Under the pieces are notes generated by a model that had not been told where the DNA came from, did not search any database, and worked only from the letters and a program-made list of their open reading frames with translations. A stretch of DNA of 64,000 nt. Source: a virus. Positions 10,201 through 16,423 of this stretch are shown piece after piece. The translations under genes were made by a program, and so were the position numbers. Location: the IMG/VR virus record IMGVR_UViG_3300010400_000004, positions 10,534 to 74,533 of that record; one strand, given 5' to 3'. Positions within the stretch are counted from its first letter, which is position 1. Every line of letters begins with the position of its first letter.

Positions 10201-11626
10201 GGGTCTTGATTATTTTCCAGTGGACGGAACTTACAAAGGTCAGCCGCAAGGCGAATCGTTTGTCGTTCTCGGTATCACGCCTAAGAACGCTCAAAAACTC
10301 GCCAAGAATTATGGTCAGGAATCGGTATCCGTTCCAGAAGGATTGTTATACGGCAATGGCACGATTGTCCCAGGTGATGTTTCAAAGACAATCGTTGGAC
10401 CTGAGGCGAAAAAACAGGAATTTTTCTCGACTACTCCTGAGGGAGTGAGTTTCAGCATCCCCTATGAATTCGGCAAGCCGATTGAACCGGTGGGTAATCA
10501 GCCGGAACTTTTCGGGAAATCTGTTTCAGAAACGGAAGACATCAACCGACGCCTGAGGGCACGGGTAAACAACAAAAAAGAGAAGTTTCCCGAGTCAGCT
10601 CCATTGGGTTATGTTAAAGATGACGTGGGAAATTTCAAACTCGACAAGAAAACCGGAAAGCCAATACCAGAGAAACAGGACTATTCGTTCCTCGACTCAG
10701 GGCTTGCCAAGGAAGCCGGAAAAGGATTGCGCGGCGATGATCGAGAGGCCGCTTATGTTGAATCAGCGGGCGATAAGTTAGCCGCCGAATATCGTAAAGC
10801 GGTCAAAGACCCGAAGGTTGCGGCAGGCGCGAAATGGTATTCGACGCTTCGCACCCGGCTCAAAAGTCTCTTCGGAAAACAAGCACAGCTTGTTTGTGAG
10901 ATTCTAGCCGCGCTATCCGCACGAACGCCTGTCGAGACAAATTATCGTTTCGGCATCGACGCTTTGAATAAATTCAATGCCGGGGATTACGATGCCCAAC
11001 TCAAAAAATATCAGGAGGGACTCGATAAATGGGACGCCGGAAAAATTTCGGAATATGTGGATGCAACTGGCTTAGATAATCCAAAGCGCAGCACTTTTCT
11101 TAACTGGTGGATCGATGAATTCGATCTGAAGCCGCGCCAAACCAACGGCAAACTCTTCGCTGCTAATTCGAAAGCGTTATTGCGGGCGTTGCATGGTTCC
11201 TGGGAAGGCGGAAAAAAGACGAGGCAATTTTCTCAGAATATGTCGGGCGCAGATTTCGGTAGCACGATCGATGTCTGGGCTGCACGCACGCTGCACCGGC
11301 TTTCCAATGAAGGGATTGTCGATCGATGGAGAATTTTGCCTGAACACGAGAACGCGGTGCAAGATGACGACTTTGATGTAGCACAGAAAGTGTATAAGCA
11401 TGCCGCCGATAAAGTTGGAGTGAAACCCGATGCACTTCAAGGAACACTCTGGTTCAAGGAAAAAGACTTGTGGGAAAAACGCGGTTGGACGAGAGGCGCG
11501 GGCGCGGAGAAATCTGATTTTTCATCTTTGATTTCCGAGACGGAGAAACATCCATCCGGAGAATATCGTCTGAAGACACCCCAACTTAATTTACTAGAAG
11601 TTAAACCTAGACCAATACGAAAATGA
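4238..11626 (+). CDS. Giant polyvalent virion protein: HExxH zincin-like motif, two ART-like domains, DUF3293-like domain, C-terminal helical glycosylase-like domain
   Basis: APHESFH; KPVFHGT...IPVFLDIRNP...GYDGIEYEN (ART-PolyVal pattern); VHYS...SYFF...GYKGIV; WAILT...NEELKADM...ESFVV...YGQESV; KWY...AALSA...N...STIDVWAAR...LQGTLW. Confidence 0.8.
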   Translation: MPTTLESLDLEQRLSRPKQPLFDPTQVVGSEPVEDTTVSALRAQPIPDLKGYIDPADLEQGPPAPPPEPPKPGDEVDLTPEQLAEYRKQTGELDPLLDFTPEQLAQIEINDPEGGNLRRMYMDRPDLIGDPDTIKKLAQANKLVHARHEIPTAGLPPEVALGARVVGLGETAIEAAKHMHPLKAAKDFAVGVAKYAKNAIQGIASPFVPEETQQEYRQKAAENLAASELAVTGLAGGVRTAAHKAAQVAGIAKPYSELTDHEATDLFFSDLTKEAERQRIVTGKGAITQQIAGPVIEELAQAGKPIRPEEVSQLAAGDPFTFYAFAKGFGAAGSLVPAEAKAVLNDAATWVGEVSAESAGTALEGIGAAAKNLAKPIEVVSRQPSRFFKTGISGGLSKIAKEVGKRVPGAAEGVEQIGKEIRLGERAPLENYGGIVSDSAQFVRDAIEATPGAAGHVAAGGLFDVSTAAVMSEFPEEERGTGIGLAFGLLGAGRGLAGRVISGQEIAPRNWGTKTQIPTSGPFKGSAFDQQHEGAYRGAAPAVKQRINAVREFLRTAAPGVDLFYVPDKATFKQSLIDQGVSEADAELWSSSQGLSLRDLNGKPVAFAANIDAAPHESFHPFQDVIGKQANDALNQKVLSAYTEAEINQRGATDAKNLGWDGKGDYRDFLLDVTGEGYAQAIDSLTQEAARIIEFSTGQKATPADAKAQAMQMFNDAMTEATSKNPGVSPEAIRRNVWRGLLTEEQQKAAANNYIANEISADTWSAVFKHGKDPKGLVRRFAKVASTFVQLLGGEPLEGRFEDYTPLRKKAVEAVREAARARTEQPPKLFGEEPTVTPKIPEAPVAPRAPSPSPVSPPGTPEEEAKITKDVAATAPETPTGPEVNAQSQRDILGTMAEAKAGNYGVKITRRAAPGTPAGAIEVSRGRRREQIETARGIPDDQKPLWEKNFTPVKTVKLNDGSIQEQGWSPEVLAANAEKVAKFLAVADPALSPFEIDRTKGTFTPEGWKQLFDKVNVFAGNQAAGLTGKGTPLAIGKARAFGFFEPTGNRVPVGSLTDAEMNFINYLFGYPLPGEGKPTVARGGSKQYGVQLISEATEPGRALPLVEPRTFASKEAERLGFAGKQVLEVNPLRAEIEATARATGNTAPSLIEAWQNLNLRDIVRADVAPELPAVRPVGVTLRAGFKPRDLVTPKIEKELLESKVRFEDGTLKPVFHGTVSSFDLKDFDTSGFRAHFGAPGPAAARTIGPLSSRTTGAVQSTEGSQTIPVFLDIRNPLKLDDAANWNNALDVVRALEKETSGKLKLPRKLRDRQVGNRLNDLSDKLFREKQESGVREEDIGEASYLEANKIVIDEIKQLLKDQGYDGIEYENAFEVGPRVAPDYSRVGEEFEKDYGDTSYIPFSNDQIKSAVSFKPAERKEIEITGPDGKRYKAMFDGYQDFSVTGRGLQPQITALENIPGVTTAKSTTYGVTLEKAGFTLPELPSPEVAFKPPRRTEDFGTIEKQFALEHPNNAGSRFVDEFSKIHQKDEELRRLMKDVYFKTPEESDDLYDQAKDVQKSLTKPSNVAEAKLGGYIQDRYPELVKESKLANDYFEQLLTTKEQDIPRMPLIVQAKEGFAIGKIVQEGHDAHEAQRFLDDWRDEGYAEVKSENPALARWIDDNLFSGSGKNAATEGVAFKPKSKPNAADEDFDAVHYSSNAGLRTVDPSFFGKGKATPADLRGGPKSYFFVKGSDFGQDAAIFKDAGLHEHEVRIKGSDLYDLRTGKPDDLGWRKTVNREEADDLVKEAGYKGIVLDTADGRQVIAMFEPVKVKKPAPVQFSPMPANPRAIKQAAVRDEKTGEVHVGMLHPSIVNDLIQKSVAEGKYHEGITDNLVDGFVTNDGEFLTRDEAFDRAIELDQVSEKDFKLRNSWLESRAFAAERKFKPKQIEPPTQAEFDDPDTIKDALAKPGWAILTGTREKIDGKEVPFDHPENLKANEELKADMDAQGLDYFPVDGTYKGQPQGESFVVLGITPKNAQKLAKNYGQESVSVPEGLLYGNGTIVPGDVSKTIVGPEAKKQEFFSTTPEGVSFSIPYEFGKPIEPVGNQPELFGKSVSETEDINRRLRARVNNKKEKFPESAPLGYVKDDVGNFKLDKKTGKPIPEKQDYSFLDSGLAKEAGKGLRGDDREAAYVESAGDKLAAEYRKAVKDPKVAAGAKWYSTLRTRLKSLFGKQAQLVCEILAALSARTPVETNYRFGIDALNKFNAGDYDAQLKKYQEGLDKWDAGKISEYVDATGLDNPKRSTFLNWWIDEFDLKPRQTNGKLFAANSKALLRALHGSWEGGKKTRQFSQNMSGADFGSTIDVWAARTLHRLSNEGIVDRWRILPEHENAVQDDDFDVAQKVYKHAADKVGVKPDALQGTLWFKEKDLWEKRGWTRGAGAEKSDFSSLISETEKHPSGEYRLKTPQLNLLEVKPRPIRK

Positions 11627-11787
11627 AAGCTACACCTACAGAGATAAAACAAATCGTGGAAGGCTCTCAGCAGTTCTTGAAGCCGGTTGACGATCCGAGA
11701 GACAACGAATTGTTCGACGCCTCGAAACCCGAGACTCCGCCCCTCGAAGAAAATCTTGCAGCGAGACCGATGAAACCTCAGCACTGA
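11623..11787 (+). CDS. Small hypothetical protein (54 aa)
   Basis: ATGA overlap with the stop of the giant ORF; fills the gap to the next gene. Confidence 0.45.
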   Translation: MKATPTEIKQIVEGSQQFLKPVDDPRDNELFDASKPETPPLEENLAARPMKPQH

Positions 11788-11792
11788 TTACT

Positions 11793-12395
11793 ATGGCAAA
11801 AGAAATGATCGATCCAGCGGCACTCGGAGATACCACCGCTCCAGAACAACCGGCTACCTCCGACCTTCCGGATGAAGTATTGCAGATACCCGCCGTCCAG
11901 GGATTGATAGCCGGTTCGCCGGTTGCAGTCTCCGCGAAAGTCAAAGACGCGGAGAAGACCGAGCAGGGCAAATTGATTATCGACAACGCTAAGGAGTTGC
12001 AGAACAACGGCATCGGTTTCTACCGATCGCTGAGTGGGGATACCGCCGTGTTATTCAACACACTGCATATCAACGGTGAAGACATCAAAAAGGCGGACAA
12101 AGCAGGGAAACTTTTACAGATAGCGCCTCCGTTCGATCAAGTGAACGCTGAAATTTCAAAAATGGGTCCGGATGCTCATCCGTCTTTGAATTCCTCAGGG
12201 GTGCCTGGGGGTCCAGCTTCGCCTGGGGCAGCTTTGCCGCCTCAAAGTGCCCAAATGCCTATGCCAGCGAACGACGGTGCGTCTGCGGACCGTCTGAGGG
12301 CGCAAATCGCGAACATTAAGCCTCAGGCTCCGACTGCCGGTGCCCGCCCGGGGGCTGGTCGTTTACTCAACTCGATTTTGAAGCCCGTTCTTTGA
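11793..12395 (+). CDS. Hypothetical protein, last gene of the virion module
   Basis: 200-aa ORF; converges with the - strand block. Confidence 0.6.
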   Translation: MAKEMIDPAALGDTTAPEQPATSDLPDEVLQIPAVQGLIAGSPVAVSAKVKDAEKTEQGKLIIDNAKELQNNGIGFYRSLSGDTAVLFNTLHINGEDIKKADKAGKLLQIAPPFDQVNAEISKMGPDAHPSLNSSGVPGGPASPGAALPPQSAQMPMPANDGASADRLRAQIANIKPQAPTAGARPGAGRLLNSILKPVL

Positions 12396-12561
12396 AAACG
12401 GTATAACCTTCTTCTCGAAGCCTTCGAACAAGAATTAACCCTCGATCGATTTCGTCACCTGCTTTATCCGCTCCGAGGGTTCCGACTTCCCGGGCAATAA
12501 GCCCCAGGCTGTAAGCAACCACATTCGGCATGCTGTGATCTAGCGGTTTTTCAGTTTTCAT
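12367..12561 (-). CDS. Hypothetical protein
   Basis: ATG immediately follows the putative ncRNA; sequence looks protein-like. Confidence 0.45.
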   Translation of the reverse strand: MKTEKPLDHSMPNVVAYSLGLIAREVGTLGADKAGDEIDRGLILVRRLREEGYTVFKERASKSS

Positions 12562-12565
12562 TTTA

Positions 12566-12739
12566 GTTGGGCATTGTCCGCGATCCCCGATTACGCGGGT
12601 GGTCTCTCGCAGTCTTGAGTCGGTAGCGAGCCGAAACAGAATCCGCAATCTCCCACGGTTTCAGCACCTCGCACCTAGCTCCAGACCAGCTACGGTCCTA
12701 CTCCAGCACGGGCGACGGGGACAGCGGACAACAACCAAC
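12566..12739 (-). ncRNA. Putative ~175-nt structured ncRNA or leader RNA
   Basis: Terminal pairings GTTGG/CCAAC, TTGTCCGC/GCGGACAA and TCCCCG/CGGGGA, plus internal hairpins. Starts 6 nt after a -10 box. Confidence 0.65.
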
Positions 12740-12745
12740 ATCGAT

Positions 12746-12773
12746 ACAATACACCTTCCCAGGAAGGTGTCAA
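12746..12773 (-). promoter_or_regulatory. Sigma70-like promoter TTGACA-N16-TATTGT with a palindromic spacer
   Basis: ACACCTTCC-ca-GGAAGGTGT (12751-12770) spans the spacer. Confidence 0.7.
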
Positions 12774-12775
12774 AT

Positions 12776-13003
12776 TTATTTTATGTTCCCCATGCCTTCA
12801 GGAAATTTCCCAGCTCGAACATGCTCCAGCCACCAGACACGGCGTTCGGTAACTTCTTTCACCGCCCTTTTATAGAGTATCGGGATCATTCTATTCATTA
12901 AATCCGGAAGACACGCATGGCGATATTCCGCGATGAATTTACACTGCCTAAAGTGGCGGAGTCGGAAGACGGCGAGCTTCAGGTCGATCCATGCTTTATT
13001 CAT
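12776..13003 (-). CDS. Hypothetical protein
   Basis: ORF coupled to the upstream gene. Confidence 0.4.
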   Translation of the reverse strand: MNKAWIDLKLAVFRLRHFRQCKFIAEYRHACLPDLMNRMIPILYKRAVKEVTERRVWWLEHVRAGKFPEGMGNIK

Positions 13004-13358
13004 ATCTCGGGGCTTCGATCCAGGGAGTGAGAAAAACTCCATTCGAAGAATCTTCTTTGCTTTTGCATCTTAACGGAAAGCCTTCCGACACTCTTCGGGG
13101 ATCGTTTTCGATAGCGTGAATCTGAGGAAATTCGGGACGTTTAAACAGAACAGGAGAAACCCGATCGAATCCTTGATTACGTAGGAATGAAAGTTCGTAA
13201 GGTGCGTTCAGCCATTCCGGATTGATGACCCAAATACCACCGACTTTTTTATAGGATGCAGCAGTTTTCCAGCATCGATCGAAAGTAATCGCCGGGGGCA
13301 GCACTACCGTCCCGGCGACGGCGGCTGCGAGGGTTTTGAAAAAGCTTCGGCGGTTCAT
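12996..13358 (-). CDS. Hypothetical protein with twin-arginine (Tat-like) signal
   Basis: MNRRSFFKTLAAAVAGTVVLP. Confidence 0.6.
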   Translation of the reverse strand: MNRRSFFKTLAAAVAGTVVLPPAITFDRCWKTAASYKKVGGIWVINPEWLNAPYELSFLRNQGFDRVSPVLFKRPEFPQIHAIENDPRRVSEGFPLRCKSKEDSSNGVFLTPWIEAPRYE

Positions 13359-13756
13359 TTTTTGAGATAGTCGATTGCACGTTCGAGCACTTCGGGATTT
13401 TCCTTAATGTGACCGATATACATATTGCAAGGAGCGCACAGAATTCCACGCACTTCATTTGTTTTGTGATTGTGATCTACATGCGGACGATTCATAATTT
13501 TTTGACAGATCACGCACCGGCTATTTTGCTCACGAAGCATTGCCTCGTATTGTGTAGCAGACAATCCATATCTCGCTTTTAGGTGTTTGAATTTTCTTTT
13601 TACTTTGGTGCGGGGTAGCTGGTCGTATTCTCTCTGTTTAGTATTTTCACAGGTAAAACAATGTCTATTACGATACAACCCTCCCGGAACTTTTTTGTTC
13701 TTCTGTAAACGAAACTCGTGTATCGTTTTTTCTTTCTTGCAAGTTTTACACGTCAT
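13355..13756 (-). CDS. Endonuclease VII-family homing endonuclease
   Basis: CKTC...YGLS...CVIC...HVDHNH...VRGILCAPCN. Confidence 0.9.
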   Translation of the reverse strand: MTCKTCKKEKTIHEFRLQKNKKVPGGLYRNRHCFTCENTKQREYDQLPRTKVKRKFKHLKARYGLSATQYEAMLREQNSRCVICQKIMNRPHVDHNHKTNEVRGILCAPCNMYIGHIKENPEVLERAIDYLKK

Positions 13757-14764
13757 TTATTTCTTGATGATGAGGTGTCCTTTCACCAATTTTGCATCTG
13801 AACGAAGAAAAGGCGTATAATACCCCCTGTCAAAAAACATGTTAAATTCAAGTCGGCATCGGGTTATTGATCCGTCCTCCGGATTAACCTTGAATTCGAG
13901 GATCGCTCCACCAACTTCCATACGAAGACGCTTCTTCCTTGCGAAAATGGTTTGATTTTGAAACCCAGGCATTCCGATGACATGGACATTTCGGTCGTTC
14001 ATGTAGTTACTGACGTGGTAATGACCCTGCACCAGAATAGCCGGTTTCTCGCCGCCTTGAAAAGCTTCCACCTGCTTCTGGCCTGTGTAGCTGCGGGCGT
14101 ATGTTGACCCGCCTCCTGGGTGCTGAACCTTGATGATGACGCTTCGCTTCGCACCTTTCACTTGAACCTCGACATCCGATTCGATGTGGCCGATGTAGTG
14201 TAGGTCTGATCGGTTCGCTGTTTGCGCTACGTGTTCGAGATACGCGCCGAAATTGAAACCCTCTTTTTGCCACCAACCTTCGTGATCGTCGCCTGTGATA
14301 AAGTTCGTTGTAATGCCCTTTCTGGAGGGATAATTGTCCACCACAAACTGCGCCTGACCATCAATGCTCGTTTCTAAGGCCGATCCTCCGTTGATATGCG
14401 GCACGTATCCGTCAACGATGTTCCCCGCGTGAAGCACTGTAGTCAGACCCTCGCGTTTAAACAGGTCATATTGCGCGTGCAAGCTGTCGAGTCGGCATTC
14501 TTTGCACGCGAGGTGCGTATCAGAGACGAGGCCGAAACGAATCCAATCCCCGCCATCGATCGATCTCAGCGGTATGTAACCGAAGTCCGGAGCGTCGAGT
14601 TTTATGTCATGCTTGAGTTTCGGCGCGTTTGGGGAATACGTTAGTTTACGCTCCACCGATTTCCGGCTTCGACCCAGCAGCTCCGCTATTTGGCGGTAAC
14701 TTTTTCCCGACTCTTTTAGTTTTTCGGCTTGCGCCAGTTCGTTTGTCGTCCACGGATTGTTCAT
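13757..14764 (-). CDS. Calcineurin-like metallophosphoesterase with N-terminal HTH
   Basis: SDTH, HAGNIVDG, GDDHE, GHYH motifs; SYRQIAELLGRS HTH. Confidence 0.85.
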   Translation of the reverse strand: MNNPWTTNELAQAEKLKESGKSYRQIAELLGRSRKSVERKLTYSPNAPKLKHDIKLDAPDFGYIPLRSIDGGDWIRFGLVSDTHLACKECRLDSLHAQYDLFKREGLTTVLHAGNIVDGYVPHINGGSALETSIDGQAQFVVDNYPSRKGITTNFITGDDHEGWWQKEGFNFGAYLEHVAQTANRSDLHYIGHIESDVEVQVKGAKRSVIIKVQHPGGGSTYARSYTGQKQVEAFQGGEKPAILVQGHYHVSNYMNDRNVHVIGMPGFQNQTIFARKKRLRMEVGGAILEFKVNPEDGSITRCRLEFNMFFDRGYYTPFLRSDAKLVKGHLIIKK

Positions 14765-15335
14765 TTGTTTTCCCTATTTGTTGTTCGAGCTGCATCTGCC
14801 GTTCTTGTAACCATTCCACCAATTTATCCGGCATCGGATCGCCGGTAAAAAGACTGTCGAAAGCTTCGAGTGCTTCCCGGGGAGTTTTTCCGATGCCGAC
14901 TACCGCATTATCCAAGTCCTCCAAGTCTCCGATATACGCCAGCCACTCGCCAGTAACCGGCAACCGGTTGAGTATCGGCCTATACGAAAAGTGTGGCGTA
15001 TTCACTTCACGCGCTGCCTTGGTTTGTTCCTCGATGAAAACCGATTGTTGGTCGTAAATTTTTTCGAGTTTTCCCTCCAGCGTGTGCTGGGAATCGAAAG
15101 TCCATCGATCGGTGTCGTTGAGTATATCGTCGAGTTTGTCGCACACCTTGATAAACAGTGTCTCCGCACTCGACTTACAGCCGCCGTCGAGTTCGATACT
15201 TTTCTGCGGTTCCGCGTGATTGCCAGCAATCATACTGGAGACGGCGAAACTGCCGACCTGAATCAAATTGGAAATCTGATTGTAGGTAACAACGTCTCGC
15301 TGCGGGAAAGGAACTTTTGATTGTTGATTGCTCAT
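14646..15335 (-). CDS. Hypothetical protein
   Basis: 229-aa ORF in the operon. Confidence 0.55.
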   Translation of the reverse strand: MSNQQSKVPFPQRDVVTYNQISNLIQVGSFAVSSMIAGNHAEPQKSIELDGGCKSSAETLFIKVCDKLDDILNDTDRWTFDSQHTLEGKLEKIYDQQSVFIEEQTKAAREVNTPHFSYRPILNRLPVTGEWLAYIGDLEDLDNAVVGIGKTPREALEAFDSLFTGDPMPDKLVEWLQERQMQLEQQIGKTNEQSVDDKRTGASRKTKRVGKKLPPNSGAAGSKPEIGGA

Positions 15336-15338
15336 GTA

Positions 15339-15824
15339 TTATTTCATTCTACCAAGTCGATTATTCGCCCACAACCAAATCCACACGGCATCAACTCCGT
15401 TATCGTCGAGGTTTTCTGAACCTGGCATCGGTTGAGTTTTCCACAAAGCTTTGGCCATAGCTTCTTTCGTTGCTGCCCCGTTTCCGGTTGCAAATTTCTT
15501 CAAAGTTCCGACCGGGATGCAATCGAAATGAGAACCGAGGGCACAGAGCCAAACTGCACCTCGCAAACTCGACCAGAGTTGAACCTGATACGTGCTGCTG
15601 GCAAACTCGACATCTTCTATTGCGACAATATCGAACGCGCCGAGTGCGGTTAAATTCTCGCATAGCCGTTCAATCCTAGGGTCTTTTGTCCGTCGCTGCC
15701 GATCGTGGCCCCAGGCAGTGATTTCTTTCTTCGTGGCAAGTTCCCAGGTGCCGCAAAAGAACTGTTCGTTCTTATTGTAAGCGTAGCCAGTATGAGTGCC
15801 TAAATCCAGGCCCAAAATATTCAA
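15339..15824 (-). CDS. RuvC-like Holliday junction resolvase
   Basis: ILGLDLGTHTG...IEDV...TLKKFATGNGAATKE...DDNGVDA. Confidence 0.85.
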   Translation of the reverse strand: MNILGLDLGTHTGYAYNKNEQFFCGTWELATKKEITAWGHDRQRRTKDPRIERLCENLTALGAFDIVAIEDVEFASSTYQVQLWSSLRGAVWLCALGSHFDCIPVGTLKKFATGNGAATKEAMAKALWKTQPMPGSENLDDNGVDAVWIWLWANNRLGRMK

Positions 15825-16423
15825 AGCAGTTGATCCTTCTTCGATTGTAGCACCACGCGCAATTTTTTCAAAGCGCCTGAGTGCAGGTTTTGTATATGCT
15901 GTCGAGAGTATCCGAGCCGATCTCCGATTTCACCGAATGAAAAACCGGATTCATATCGGAGTATCAAAATCGCCCTCTCTCTATCATTCAACGATCCGAA
16001 TATAGCAGGCCGCAGGCCGTTGAATAACTCTTTTGTTTCAAGCCGCGAAAAGTCCGGTTCACAATAGGTATCGACGAGAGGTTTGTCTTTTTCCGGGTAA
16101 TCTGCCGAGGTGGTATAAGAATTTTTCACTACAAGGCGGCGTTTGAATTCCCGATTGATCTGACCGCGCAAATATTGCTTCGTAAAGGCGAAAAATCGGA
16201 TTCCGTTCGATTTGCGCTTGCGAAAATTCTTCGCGGCCTGCCTGAGAGCAATCCAGCACATCGACACGAGTTCTCCCTCAGGAAACTCACCCCGCGAACA
16301 GTGCCGGGAATAGTCGAGTGCTTCCGCCATATTGACGAGTGCGAGTTTGTCGAGGGCACGCTTGTTGCCCTTTTTGATTAGCTCGAATTCTTCGGATGTA
16401 TCTATTGCTTTGGGAAAATCCAT
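15821..16423 (-). CDS. Sigma-70 family RNA polymerase sigma factor (regions 2 and 4)
   Basis: ALRQAAKNF...IRFFAFTKQYLRG (region 2); LNDRERAILILRY...EIGDRLGYSRQHI...ALKKLR (region 4). Confidence 0.85.
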   Translation of the reverse strand: MDFPKAIDTSEEFELIKKGNKRALDKLALVNMAEALDYSRHCSRGEFPEGELVSMCWIALRQAAKNFRKRKSNGIRFFAFTKQYLRGQINREFKRRLVVKNSYTTSADYPEKDKPLVDTYCEPDFSRLETKELFNGLRPAIFGSLNDRERAILILRYESGFSFGEIGDRLGYSRQHIQNLHSGALKKLRVVLQSKKDQLL

